Shown: positions 39,439 to 49,389 of the stretch, in pieces
How the letters are laid out: each line of letters begins with the position of its first letter
Position numbering within the stretch: position 1 is the stretch's first letter
Virus record (IMG/VR): IMGVR_UViG_3300029911_000025
Span: 775-64,774 of that record
From: a virus
Lineage: Duplodnaviria; Caudoviricetes
Reading direction: 5' to 3' (one strand)
Length of the DNA: 64,000 bases
Translations under genes and position numbers: made by a program
Notes under the pieces: generated by a model
Database searches by the model: none
The model's input: only the letters and a program-made list of their open reading frames with translations
What the model was told of the DNA's origin: nothing

Positions 39439-41720
39439 GCCGCCACAGTCCTATTTTCTTTGGGTGCGTTGATCACCCTATTTTCCGGCCATGCCGTGAT
39501 TAACCGGGTTTCTTTTGCCGCCGCTATTGCCCGACTCGGCGGTATTCCCGATGCAGACGTTATGTACGGCTTAGATATATCCACCGCCGCGCCGGTTTCA
39601 ACTACATAACTTGTAGGCGCGGGACCGGCAGTCGAAGAACTATCAGCCGCCGCGCCGGTTTCAGCTACTGCCGCAGCCGCAACGAGCAAGGCGTCGGTGA
39701 TATCTGCGGCAAGCCCCGTTTCAGAAACGCTCTCCGCTATTTGCAGCGAGACCGCGACGAAATCGGTTGCCGCGCCAACTTCGACAACGGAAGCCGAGGC
39801 CACTAACGCTGCTGAAGATGTATCGGTAGCGGTTCCGCTTTCTGTAACCGTAGACTGCGCAGTTAGCTTGGAGCTCACTGCATCAGAGGCCGCGCCACTT
39901 TCGGTGACGCTTACACCCGCGCCGACGCTCGTCGCCGTGGTATCCGCCGCCGCTCCTGTTTCTGTAACCGCGTTGGCGGACGAAACAAGCGCGTTTGCCG
40001 AATCGCTTGTGGACCCTGACTCTGAAACACTAGCGGCAAACGCGCCAGCGGCCGAAACTGTATCAGAAGCGGCGCCGCTTTCCGCAATGATGTCAGCGGT
40101 AGAAATAAGATCAGCAACGGTATCTGCCGCGCTGCCGCTTTCCGCAATGCTGTCAGCGGTAGAAATAAGATCAGCAACGGTATCTGCCGCGCTGCCGCTT
40201 TCCGCAATAACCACGATAGGCGTGTAGGTAACGACGATGACACCAGCGCCACCCGTCCCGCCGCCGCCTACGTTGTAGCCGCCGCCCCCGCCACCGCCGT
40301 ACGCGCCACCGTTAGAGCCGCTTAGATCAAAGGAACTACACGCGCCGCCGCCGCCGCCGCCTGACCCAACAACAGTCGGCGTAGAGGCGATGTTCTGGCC
40401 CGCAGCACCAGCCGTGGAAGCAACCGTCGTCGTGGATCCTGCACCCCCAGCGCCGCCGACCGCGGTTCCCGCGCCGCCAGACCCGCCCACTGGCGTAGCA
40501 AAAGCGCCCCCACCAACGGTACCAGCTGCGATATTGCTCCCCGCACCGCCGCCACCGCCACCGCCCCGAGCTGTAACGCCGAGACCACCCGCGCCACCCG
40601 CAAAAGACAGCGATCCGGAAAATACCGAGGGCGCTGCGCCGCCGGATGTCGTAGTAGCAGACGCGCCACCCGCCGCCCCGACCGAGGCGGTACCTACGGA
40701 AGTTCCGTTAAACCACGACGCCGCCGTGCCAGAGCCGCCCGCCGTGCCGCCCGCCGTCCCGACCTGTATATTGATTGACGCGCCGGGAGCGACGTTCACA
40801 TTGGTTTGCCGCGCGTACCCGCCGCCCGCGCCGCCGCCCCCACCCGTGGATGACCCGCCCGTGAAACCGTTACCGCCAGCACCGATGACTTCGACAAGGT
40901 TGCTGTTCGGATTGAAATCAGACGGAACAGTCCACGTAGAACCACTAGTGATAATCGCGACTTTGGCGATCGCGGGAACATACGTGATAACGATAAGGCC
41001 GCTACCGCCTACGCCACCGCCCCCGGCATTGTAACCGCCGCCGCCCCCGGCGCCGTGGCTCCCGCCATTCGCGCCGCCGGTATCGCCTGCGGCAAGAGAG
41101 CCGCCGCCGCCGCCGCCGCCGGACCCGACGCCCGAGAGCTGCGACCCAAAGTTCGTGCCCGACCCGCCGATGTTGGGCGGCGCGCTGGCCGTGCCCCCCG
41201 ACCCGCCAGCGGCTCCGCCGTTGCCCGCGCCGCCTGCGCCCCCCGTGGTGGCCGCGCCAGCCGCGCCAAGGGTTCCGTTGCCGGTCGGGCCCGCAGCCCC
41301 GCCCCCGCCGCCGCCGCCCACGGCAGAGCCGCCCGCCCCGCCAACGACGCCGTTCGTGACCGTGCCTGAGCCGGTAGTCCCACCAGCGCCGCCTCCGGTC
41401 GCGGAGACGGCGCTAACCCCGCCGCGACACCCCGCCGAGGCTGCGGCGACGGAGGCGCCGTTGAACCACGTCGCCCCGGTCGTGCCGCTTATGCCGCCGC
41501 CTGCGCCGACCTGATACTGGACCGAGTTGCCGGGGGTGAGCGCCACGTTCTCGACGAAGGCGTAGCTGCCCGACCCGCCGCCGCCACCGCCGCTTGTCGC
41601 CGCCCCGGTGTAGCCGTTGCCCCCAGCACCAAGACATTCGATCTTGTTGTTAGAAGACCAGTCAGCCGGAACTGTCCATGACGTCCCAGAAGTTAGAAGT
41701 ATAATATTCGGGACGGCCAT
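39435..41720 (-). CDS. Glycine-rich virion protein (two Gly-rich domains plus E[ST]G.A.D repeats)
   Basis: Duplicated W.VP.D...N..E..GAGG.G...G..VITY domain; ~20-aa repeats. Confidence 0.8.
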   Translation of the reverse strand: MAVPNIILLTSGTSWTVPADWSSNNKIECLGAGGNGYTGAATSGGGGGGSGSYAFVENVALTPGNSVQYQVGAGGGISGTTGATWFNGASVAAASAGCRGGVSAVSATGGGAGGTTGSGTVTNGVVGGAGGSAVGGGGGGGAAGPTGNGTLGAAGAATTGGAGGAGNGGAAGGSGGTASAPPNIGGSGTNFGSQLSGVGSGGGGGGGSLAAGDTGGANGGSHGAGGGGGYNAGGGGVGGSGLIVITYVPAIAKVAIITSGSTWTVPSDFNPNSNLVEVIGAGGNGFTGGSSTGGGGGAGGGYARQTNVNVAPGASINIQVGTAGGTAGGSGTAASWFNGTSVGTASVGAAGGASATTTSGGAAPSVFSGSLSFAGGAGGLGVTARGGGGGGGAGSNIAAGTVGGGAFATPVGGSGGAGTAVGGAGGAGSTTTVASTAGAAGQNIASTPTVVGSGGGGGGACSSFDLSGSNGGAYGGGGGGGYNVGGGGTGGAGVIVVTYTPIVVIAESGSAADTVADLISTADSIAESGSAADTVADLISTADIIAESGAASDTVSAAGAFAASVSESGSTSDSANALVSSANAVTETGAAADTTATSVGAGVSVTESGAASDAVSSKLTAQSTVTESGTATDTSSAALVASASVVEVGAATDFVAVSLQIAESVSETGLAADITDALLVAAAAVAETGAAADSSSTAGPAPTSYVVETGAAVDISKPYITSASGIPPSRAIAAAKETRLITAWPENRVINAPKENRTVAA
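40077..40209. repeat. 60-bp tandem repeat within the Gly-rich gene
   Basis: 40081-40140 is almost identical to 40141-40200. Confidence 0.85.
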
Positions 41721-41734
41721 GGGTCACACCCCGT

Positions 41735-42319
41735 TTAGATACTCATGGAGTACGATACATTGACCACGTCGCTGGTAAGAACGGCGCGCGTGCCGCCTGT
41801 GAACAACCCTGCCGAGATAAGCGTGCCCGAAGTGTTCATCAAAGTGGCAACCGCGCCGGAACCGCCGACCAGGAAGCAACCTTCCAACGTACCGCCAGAG
41901 GTCATTGTGAACGAAAGCGCCGATGCAAGCGCCTTAGCTCCGCCCGAGGCTGCGGACCAGCCGCCATTGGTAGTGATACGCGCGGTGAACGTAGGTGCGT
42001 TGGTCGAACCCGCCTCGGTCCAACCCGAGTGAGACGCCATGGTGTCACCCGCCACAATGGCCGTGTAAGACACCGAGGAGATAAGCCCCATGAACGGCCC
42101 AGTAGCGGTCCACGCCGATCCGGCGAGCGCTTGGTCGAGAATGAGGTTCTTGCCCACGTTCACGACAAGGTTGGGAAACTCATCCTCCCACTTGATGTTC
42201 CCGTCCGCATCGAGGCACTGGGCATAGTAGATGCCGATAGCCTCGCAACGATCAGCCGCGCCGTTGTTGCCGATAATCATCGCACCGACCATAGCTTGAG
42301 CGTTCAATTTATCGTTCAT
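41735..42319 (-). CDS. Virion structural protein
   Basis: DG..KWE....NLV.N.G motif, typical of tail/head-fiber-associated proteins. Confidence 0.65.
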   Translation of the reverse strand: MNDKLNAQAMVGAMIIGNNGAADRCEAIGIYYAQCLDADGNIKWEDEFPNLVVNVGKNLILDQALAGSAWTATGPFMGLISSVSYTAIVAGDTMASHSGWTEAGSTNAPTFTARITTNGGWSAASGGAKALASALSFTMTSGGTLEGCFLVGGSGAVATLMNTSGTLISAGLFTGGTRAVLTSDVVNVSYSMSI

Positions 42320-43920
42320 CTGCTCTTCTTTCGTTTTGATTTGATGGTGATATAGTTCCCACGTTCTAGGCGGCGGGCCAACATCCCCGCTATGTGCTTC
42401 TGCAACGACGCATCCGTGGCCGCAGCGGCGTTATCCGGCACGCGCCGAGGGTCTTGGACCCCAGGATCAGTGCTTGCCGGGCCTTCAACACCGCTTACTT
42501 CGGAGAGTTGACCCTCCGAGAGTTCCGGAAGGTCCGCAGCTTCGCGCAGATAGTTCTCAAGGTCATTATCAGGGAATAACCGCGCCCCGGCTTGGGACAT
42601 ATTGTAGATAAACGTGCCCAAAGAATCAAGGTCCGTGCGTTGTGGCATGCTCGGCACGAACTGCGGCATGGTGTCATCGCCTTCACCGTTCAAATCCCAG
42701 AGTCGGCCCACTCCATAATCGTTAAGAACGGCGGCATTGGAGTCTAGCCAGCCTTCAGTGGCCTGAAAAAACAGGTCCAACTTGGTCACACCAAGCGACT
42801 GCGTGCCTCTAGACGAGTGCCCGAGCATCAAAAAGTCAGCCAGGACACTCGTCATCATGTCGAGTTTGTACCTTTCGATGGCCGGATCGAAGTTGATCGC
42901 TACTCGGCCACTTTGGGGCACATTGTACTTGAATTCGTACATGGGGACCGTGCTCGGAGTTCCGTCGGGGTTTTCGTAGGTGTCCGACGGAGTTATGAGC
43001 CCCATTTGCTCGTCGACCTTGATATTGGTCACGATTTTCTTGAATTGCTCGATGCTGGCGAGCGCACCGGGGTCCCCTGTCGCTGCCGCTTCCATCACGG
43101 CATTTGGGATTCTATATTCCGGCGTGCCAGACATGCGCTCAAGGGCGATGGCTTCCTGCTCCTCAAGGCGGCTGGCGAACCACCACGGGCGGTAAGCGCT
43201 CCGAAGTATGGAGTTACCCTCGGGATTGTTCTTGTGCGCCCTCGGACGGAAAAGCAGCATCTTGTTTATCGGTATATCGATGAGGCCGCCGAACCACGGT
43301 TGCTGCGTGAGCCCGGTGACGTCGCCTTCTTCATCGAAGAACCACTTCAGAATGGTATCTTGTCCACGCAGAGCGATCTTGGCCCAGCCAATCTTACCGT
43401 CGTTGAACTTGCTGGACCGCTTCTTCGGCCCTACACCCGTATTGCGCTGACGTCCGTCGCGCTTCTTATACACAAGTTCGTGCGGTGCGAACCCATACGG
43501 GAGCATGCTCAGCGTTTCGGAGACAAAATCTGGCCATGGCTGGTTCATGTCCTCCATACAAGTCTCAAGGAATTCGGCCCCTTCGATCGCATTGGAGGCA
43601 TCGCTCGCAGAACTAACCCTCCAAGAGACTTGGCGCATGGTTTGTTGAATGGCGAACAGGATGGCACCCACGGTTGGGGAGTTGTCTTGCATCTCGCGGT
43701 AAGTCCGCGCCGCCTGCCGCCCTCTTAACTGAGGAAGAAATTCTTCTCGGACCCAGCCGCCATACTGGCGCAGTCCCGAGGAGCCACGCGTCCGCGAAAG
43801 TTGCTGCCAAGTAAGGTCGCTCGGCGGGCTGGGATACCCCATGCTCGCATCTGGGGCGATACCCCTGTTAGTCGGATCCGGGGCGAGAATTCCTCGGCCT
43901 CCGCGCGGTGTCTTTGCCAT
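42316..43920 (-). CDS. Portal protein (DUF935-like)
   Basis: Y.EM, GF...E.V, NP.G.S.LR..Y..W; follows terL. Confidence 0.9.
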   Translation of the reverse strand: MAKTPRGGRGILAPDPTNRGIAPDASMGYPSPPSDLTWQQLSRTRGSSGLRQYGGWVREEFLPQLRGRQAARTYREMQDNSPTVGAILFAIQQTMRQVSWRVSSASDASNAIEGAEFLETCMEDMNQPWPDFVSETLSMLPYGFAPHELVYKKRDGRQRNTGVGPKKRSSKFNDGKIGWAKIALRGQDTILKWFFDEEGDVTGLTQQPWFGGLIDIPINKMLLFRPRAHKNNPEGNSILRSAYRPWWFASRLEEQEAIALERMSGTPEYRIPNAVMEAAATGDPGALASIEQFKKIVTNIKVDEQMGLITPSDTYENPDGTPSTVPMYEFKYNVPQSGRVAINFDPAIERYKLDMMTSVLADFLMLGHSSRGTQSLGVTKLDLFFQATEGWLDSNAAVLNDYGVGRLWDLNGEGDDTMPQFVPSMPQRTDLDSLGTFIYNMSQAGARLFPDNDLENYLREAADLPELSEGQLSEVSGVEGPASTDPGVQDPRRVPDNAAAATDASLQKHIAGMLARRLERGNYITIKSKRKKSR

Positions 43921-45195
43921 TTAGGCTCCTGGTGCTCGGCGCGAACCAGATACTATGATCGGGCGGGCGAAAGGGATCACCCTGTTATGGCGCAGCGGCT
44001 CGGCCGCGTACCGCAGGGCATCGATGATGTGGTTGTGCTCGTCTTTTAGAACGGGCGTGACCAACTGAGTCTTGGGATCGATCTTGTAAGCGTAGAGGCT
44101 GAGTTCGTCGATGGTGCGGATACACTCAGGATGAACCACGATATCGTAAGACTTGAGAAACTCCACCCCATCTTCTACAGAACCCGGCCCCTTGCGGGCG
44201 GGTATCATGTTGAAATTCTTACGCCGGAGGTAGCTAATGGTCTCAGGGCGGGAGCTGTCAGCGACCACCGTCCACTTGCGGCCCCCCGGCGTAATACTTT
44301 CGTTCATGACTTGGTCATAGAACATAGGCAAATGGTCGATTTCCACACCGACCTTGTAGAGTTCCTTGTCTACATAGAGCGTTCGGCCATCGAGATAGCA
44401 CCGAATGAGGGTGGAGGGGTCAACGCTGAACCCAAAGTCGGCTCCAAAATAAAAGAGCGTACGGTTGTTTGTTTGGAACTCGTCATACGTTCCGATGCGC
44501 CAGTTCTTGAAGACGCGCGATTCAGAGTTCTGGCGATATTGCCCCAGCCAGACGTGATTGTATTTGTCGGGATCACGGCGTTTGTCCCATTCCATGTCCT
44601 CCCGAAGTGTATCGGGGAACCAAGGATTGTCGTAGTAGTTGACCTCGCGAATAATGGACCTCGGCGGCGGCCCAGCCGCGCCACGGAACATCACATCGAT
44701 AGGGTCGGTAGGGTCCCGGGGGTTCCAGTCAGCCCAGATTTCTGAATTTTTGGCCCGAATGGTCGGCGTTAGGATATCTAGGCTGGCTTGGCTAACGCTT
44801 CGGGCTTCGGTGATATACGCGATATCGATGCCTTCCATGGAGGCGATTGAGTCTGCATTGGAGCGCATACCGGCAAAAACGAACAGCGATCCGTCTTTTC
44901 CCCGTATTTCAGTATCAAGAGACTCAAAAGAACCATCACCGTTGACGCCCCAGCCGTGAGCCTTGATCTTGTTGTCAAGCAAACGCTTGATAGAGTCGCG
45001 GATAGAGTGCTGGATTTCACGAGCACACAGTATCATCAGCGGCTGCGCGCGTGCCTTTACCAGAAGAGCCGTCGCAAAAGAGTGCGATTTTGCGCCGCCT
45101 CGGCCCCCGTGGAACATCCTGTACCGGACGGGGTTCCCGTCATCGGCAAGGGGCTGGAACAGCGGCTCAAAAGCAGAGGGTAGGTTAAGTTCCAA
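43921..45195 (-). CDS. terL: Terminase large subunit (PBSX type)
   Basis: GGRGGAKS, CARE, G.DFGFS.DP and H.IDALRYA. Confidence 0.95.
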   Translation of the reverse strand: MELNLPSAFEPLFQPLADDGNPVRYRMFHGGRGGAKSHSFATALLVKARAQPLMILCAREIQHSIRDSIKRLLDNKIKAHGWGVNGDGSFESLDTEIRGKDGSLFVFAGMRSNADSIASMEGIDIAYITEARSVSQASLDILTPTIRAKNSEIWADWNPRDPTDPIDVMFRGAAGPPPRSIIREVNYYDNPWFPDTLREDMEWDKRRDPDKYNHVWLGQYRQNSESRVFKNWRIGTYDEFQTNNRTLFYFGADFGFSVDPSTLIRCYLDGRTLYVDKELYKVGVEIDHLPMFYDQVMNESITPGGRKWTVVADSSRPETISYLRRKNFNMIPARKGPGSVEDGVEFLKSYDIVVHPECIRTIDELSLYAYKIDPKTQLVTPVLKDEHNHIIDALRYAAEPLRHNRVIPFARPIIVSGSRRAPGA

Positions 45196-45511
45196 CGCGC
45201 TCCCCGTCCTCTACCCACGTGAACTCGCCATCAAAACCAACCGGGTAGTGGGTCCCACACGTCGCGCAAAAGGTCCCCGAGTAAAAGTACGGGTCCCGCG
45301 CGTAGGTTTCGCAAAGAGCGAGCCCCATGTGGGTGACGCCGCCGCAACGCGAGTGCTTGTAGGATCGGCGTAGCGGGCGAATGAACCCTTTGGCCCTTTC
45401 CTCCACGGAAAGTACGACATAGGCTTTCTGCATCCCTGTCTTGGGGTCTATGGTGGTGTGGGAATTATCCCCGGGAACGGGGGAGCCATCTATAAGGGTG
45501 CGGTCAGACAT
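45185..45511 (-). CDS. Conserved Zn-binding hypothetical protein
   Basis: H..CG...ETYARDP.FY..TFC..C motif. Confidence 0.7.
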   Translation of the reverse strand: MSDRTLIDGSPVPGDNSHTTIDPKTGMQKAYVVLSVEERAKGFIRPLRRSYKHSRCGGVTHMGLALCETYARDPYFYSGTFCATCGTHYPVGFDGEFTWVEDGERVGT

Positions 45512-46103
45512 CGCAGGACTCTACTAGTGAAAGCGGGGTTTCGGCCGGGGAGGGATGAGAAGGTGTAACATCAATCGGAGGCGAAGCTCTTTCAGCCGCG
45601 CCAACGAAGTTAATCGTGATATTTTGGTCTCGGGGCGCATCGCCTTGACCTCCCCTGCCATCTGCTCCTCGGTCGGCCCACTTGCGGCCATCTCGGTTTG
45701 TCAACCAGAACTTGCCCGCGCTGGTATCGGGAGGAACATGCTCGATAAGGTCGTGGACTACGCCCTTGCCGTCCTTGCCGACGATGACGCGCTGGCGGGT
45801 GTACTCATAACCCGTGGCGCGCTTGTGCATCGCCTTGGCGACCTGCGCATCGGCCAACGCGCCGCCCCGTGCTATTGCGTCGCGTAGTTCCTCGGAGTGC
45901 TTGACATAGTAGAGCCACGTTTCTCTGTCAACACGAAACAAAGCGGCGAGATCGTCGCCCTTGGCCCCTAAGAGGCTGTAGTTCTCCACTTGTTCGTAGA
46001 GATCTGGTTTATCGGAAAGAAGCCTGCGGAAATCCAGCGCTTTCTGGTTCTTGCTGACCATGATAGCATTGTCTGGCGGTGTGCTAGGCATCTCGCTACT
46101 CAT
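45504..46103 (-). CDS. terS: Terminase small subunit
   Basis: LA..F.V HTH, V..A..KRA.GY and PPD..A..FWL.NR...W. Confidence 0.85.
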   Translation of the reverse strand: MSSEMPSTPPDNAIMVSKNQKALDFRRLLSDKPDLYEQVENYSLLGAKGDDLAALFRVDRETWLYYVKHSEELRDAIARGGALADAQVAKAMHKRATGYEYTRQRVIVGKDGKGVVHDLIEHVPPDTSAGKFWLTNRDGRKWADRGADGRGGQGDAPRDQNITINFVGAAERASPPIDVTPSHPSPAETPLSLVESCDV

Positions 46104-46213
46104 TCATTTGACAACAGAAAAAAAGTTAAAATTCTGATCTCCGCCCGTGGATCGTGAGCTGCCGTCAGCGCCGTGGCCGATCGTGCGTTGCTGGCAGGGC
46201 GCGGCGCCCGGCT

Positions 46214-46278
46214 GGCAGGCCACCACGGGGCAGGCCACCACGGGGCAGGCCACCACGGGGCAGGCCACCACGGGGCAG
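46214..46278. repeat. 15-bp tandem repeat GGCAGGCCACCACGG x4.3, with an inverted half-copy at 46284-46292
   Basis: Read directly from the sequence. Confidence 0.95.
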
Positions 46279-46404
46279 CGGCGCCCCGTGGTACTAACCT
46301 ATCACCCTAACCAAATCGCCGTGTGGCTCGCTTATTTCGGTCTTAGCGTGGGTCTGCATTTATTTTCAGTAAAAGTGAAAATAGGGGCTAGGCAGACTGG
46401 ATTT

Positions 46405-46436
46405 CAACCCCTAAGCTGCATGCAGCTTAGGGGTTG
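46405..46436. repeat. Perfect 32-bp palindrome
   Basis: CAACCCCTAAGCTGCA|TGCAGCTTAGGGGTTG. Confidence 0.95.
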
Positions 46437-46466
46437 GCCCTAAGCCCCAACGGAAGGTCCAAGTAA

Positions 46467-46739
46467 ATGCAAATGTCCAACCTAGTAAAGTTTGCCGCGC
46501 GCCTAGCACAATGCAACGAATGCGCAGTACCAAGCGCGGGCAAAGTGGCCGACATACTGTTTAACGGTGGGTTCGCCACTAGCAAAACACTAACCGAAAT
46601 AGACGCGTGGCTTGCTACACTTACCGAAGACCAATTAGAAACACTGGCCGATGGTGAAGAAGAAGAACAGCAAGCTTTGGAAGCAACGGCGCCTCACGAA
46701 ACGCATAACGTAGTAACCGAATTGTTTGAATCGCTTTAG
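46467..46739 (+). CDS. Acidic hypothetical protein, antisense to the late operon
   Basis: 90-aa ORF with an RBS and its own terminator. Confidence 0.6.
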   Translation: MQMSNLVKFAARLAQCNECAVPSAGKVADILFNGGFATSKTLTEIDAWLATLTEDQLETLADGEEEEQQALEATAPHETHNVVTELFESL

Positions 46740-46788
46740 TAACCAACGGCGCGCCGCGCTTAACCGCTAACCCAGCCTAGAACTACAG

Positions 46789-46817
46789 AACCCCACGCCT
46801 TGTGCGTGGGGTTTTTT
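46789..46817 (+). terminator. Rho-independent terminator
   Basis: AACCCCACGC-cttgt-GCGTGGGGTT followed by a T run. Confidence 0.8.
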
Positions 46818-46934
46818 GTGACTTGGACCTGAGCCATAGCGCGGCACTGCATGGCGCCACGCGCCAATGCCCCTCGGTTGCTTGCTGCGGCGCCCGTTGG
46901 CGCTGCGATAACAAGTTAACGGAGTAGATCCAGC

Positions 46935-47447
46935 CTATGCCGCTAGATCTTTAAAGTCTACAATCGCTTTAATGTGCGAGTCTACCATAACGCGCACTGC
47001 GCCGTTCTGTTCAATACCGATTACCAAAGCTGAACGGTTAGCAAAGCTGGACCCGGCTACAAACCGCAGCAGATCACCGGCTGAGAAATCATGTAACAGT
47101 GCGCGCGATAATACTTTGCCCGAAGTATCGCAGCCCGCCATAATCTTTGCCATTACGTTGTCGGGAAGCAACGCGGGCTCGCCTTCGGCGCTTTTCAGGA
47201 GATAGTTCACGTCGCGCGTCGCTTTTACTAGCGCCAGTGCAGCATCGTCTTCTGTTCTACAGAACAAGTATCGTGGCCACCGTGGGATCTCTGTGTCTAC
47301 GGCCTTAAACACTGTGCGCCCACGTGTAGGGGCCTTGACGCGTTGCTTTTCCACAGTATAGGGGCAGAATACTTGGAGTCCTAGGGCGACCAAGCGGTCG
47401 CGCACTAAGAATTCTGTAGCGCCAACGGTGACTAGGACCGTCCACAT
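46935..47447 (-). CDS. NusG/RfaH-like transcription antiterminator
   Basis: NGN domain (W.V......E..V...L...G....P...P..PRYLF) plus a KOW-like GD.......F segment. Confidence 0.75.
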   Translation of the reverse strand: MWTVLVTVGATEFLVRDRLVALGLQVFCPYTVEKQRVKAPTRGRTVFKAVDTEIPRWPRYLFCRTEDDAALALVKATRDVNYLLKSAEGEPALLPDNVMAKIMAGCDTSGKVLSRALLHDFSAGDLLRFVAGSSFANRSALVIGIEQNGAVRVMVDSHIKAIVDFKDLAA

Positions 47448-47559
47448 TCGCCTGTATATTCCCCGACTACGCGCAACGGTATGGCCTAGGCTCCTAAAGA
47501 CGGTATAGGCTCAGGTCTCCGCCTCTCTGTTCTTCAGTGCTCGCGCGCGTTGGCAGGGT

Positions 47560-47920
47560 AAAAAACGCCGCAAATGCACAGTATTGGCCACCCCGTAAGT
47601 TATTGTTTTTATTAAACCTGAAACAAGCGTTGCCATGGCTGCGCACGCAACCAAAGTGAGCACAAACTATTAAAAAGCAAAGCAAAAAGGGCAAAAAACT
47701 ACGAATTGAACATAAGCCTCCGCACGGTAACCCCATTTTGGTGGAACCTTTACTAAACTAATTGGGATTTATTTAGTAAGGGGCGGAGCATATACTGCTT
47801 GCGGGCGGCTGTGTAGCAAACGCCTTTGTAGCAAAAACCGAATTTACTGAGTAAAAACAAGCACTTACGCGAAAATGCCCAAAAGCTAACCCATTGTTTT
47901 TATTAAACAATAAAGGAATT
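47560..47920. promoter_or_regulatory. AT-rich divergent control region with a 16-bp direct repeat
   Basis: ATTGTTTTTATTAAAC at 47602-47617 and 47893-47908; TATACT at ~47792; strand switch point. Confidence 0.55.
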
Positions 47921-47923
47921 CAA

Positions 47924-48346
47924 ATGCGCGAGGAAGTAAAGAACCGACTAATGCGGCAAGTTAACCTTGGAGTAGACAAAGGACTGCGCCTGGAACTGCG
48001 GTGGGAATCCGGATTTACAGTAACAGTCCACTCGTGGGAAGCAGCCGCCGTCATTACCAAGGCCGGACTACAGAAGCGGCAGAATAGTAAGAACAAAGCA
48101 TCTACGTTTAGAGTAAATTTCTACCAAGAAGTCTACGCCGACGGAATAATGTGCGTGAACCCGGACACTATGTCCGTAGAACTATGCTTTGTCGCCTTAG
48201 TACAGAACGCGCGCCGTGGTCCACCCGTTAGTGACGAAGTGCGAAAGCGCAAAGAAAAAGAGGTCGAGCTAAAAGTACAGGCGCGCGCTGTGAAGCTAAG
48301 AAAAGCCGAACTAGAGTTAGAACGACTGAGAGCCAAGCATGCCTAA
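47924..48346 (+). CDS. Basic hypothetical protein
   Basis: RBS AAGGA; 140 aa. Confidence 0.65.
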   Translation: MREEVKNRLMRQVNLGVDKGLRLELRWESGFTVTVHSWEAAAVITKAGLQKRQNSKNKASTFRVNFYQEVYADGIMCVNPDTMSVELCFVALVQNARRGPPVSDEVRKRKEKEVELKVQARAVKLRKAELELERLRAKHA

Positions 48347-48533
48347 AGTAGATCCTCGCTCCCCCGAAGAACTGAAGTACCAAGCTAAACTGAACAAAGT
48401 GAACAAACAGATACAGAAACTAAAAGGAGAACTGATGGCCGACCGCCTTGATGTCGCTTTATACTGGCGTAAGCATTACAGAATCAAGCTAAGACTTGCG
48501 CGCCATCACCGCAAAGCTTGTCCAAAAAGATAA
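48339..48533 (+). CDS. Small basic hypothetical protein
   Basis: Coupled ORF. Confidence 0.5.
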   Translation: MPKVDPRSPEELKYQAKLNKVNKQIQKLKGELMADRLDVALYWRKHYRIKLRLARHHRKACPKR

Positions 48534-49303
48534 ACGGAGATACAGGCCGACGGCGACCCTAGTCGGTGTAATGTTATCACCGCCCGCCCGGTCGGCCTGT
48601 ATCTCTCGCATTTTGGCCTTTACGGGCCGTCCCCCTACGCGGGCGGGCGGTTGCCGTACCCCGTGCAGCGCCAGCCGCCCCACGGTCCAAATAATGCTTG
48701 CATCTCCCATTAAAACGACCGACAAAGAGGTCGGCGCATAGTGCGCCTATGGAGAGCCTTGCATTTTGTAAACACGGGGCAACGCCCTAGGACCCGCCTT
48801 ACTTAGCGACCCGGATGGGCGCCACTAGGCCAACAGTACAACCTAACGCACAGGCATTGCGTAGGGAGCCCGGTTACAAGCGCCACCCCAAGAAGCGCCC
48901 CGCCCGATAATGCCACAGCCCGAGGTTAAGCCCGCCACAGCGTAGCCAGTGCGGGCGCCAAGGCAGACGGCGCGGCAAAGGGAGGCAGGGATACGGCTAG
49001 TAACAGAGCCGCGCTAGGGCGAAGCTTTGGCTGTATACAGCCGCAACAGTGCAACCGCCCGCCCCGCCATAAGCAACCGGCCACAACTAAGGCGATAGGT
49101 GAGACCAAGCGACTATAAGGACCGAGCAGACCCTAGCGCTACACAATAAAACTCTGCGATGCGCGAAGGGCGGCTGTGGCCAAGCTATAAGCGACGCATG
49201 AAAAACGCCCCATACCCGAATTTGGGGAGCGCCCGTTGGCGCAAATACAGCGACCCCGCCCCGCTATGCTGCAAAGCATGGCGGGGCGGTGACGTTTTAC
49301 TGA

Positions 49304-49354
49304 AGGCCGAAACGGCTATGCCGTCCAGACGTTATACGTTTGCTGACGAGGCCT
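49304..49354 (+). ncRNA. Hammerhead ribozyme HHR1, type II, canonical core
   Basis: AGGCC-GAAA-CGGC tat GCCG-TC^-CAGACG ttata CGTTTG-CTGACGA-GGCCT; predicted cut after C49325. Confidence 0.88.
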
Positions 49355-49389
49355 AATGCCCGATCAGATAACACTGAAGGACCAAAACA

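Noticed and set aside
46214-46278. Possible CRISPR or mini-array
   Set aside because: The repeats are directly tandem 15-mers with no spacers.
46405-46436. Protelomerase (telRL) site
   Set aside because: No protelomerase or partition genes were seen; kept only as an unexplained palindrome.
48868-48885. CGGTTACAAGC resembling a twister ribozyme motif
   Set aside because: I could not assemble the required P4 pairing and pseudoknots.
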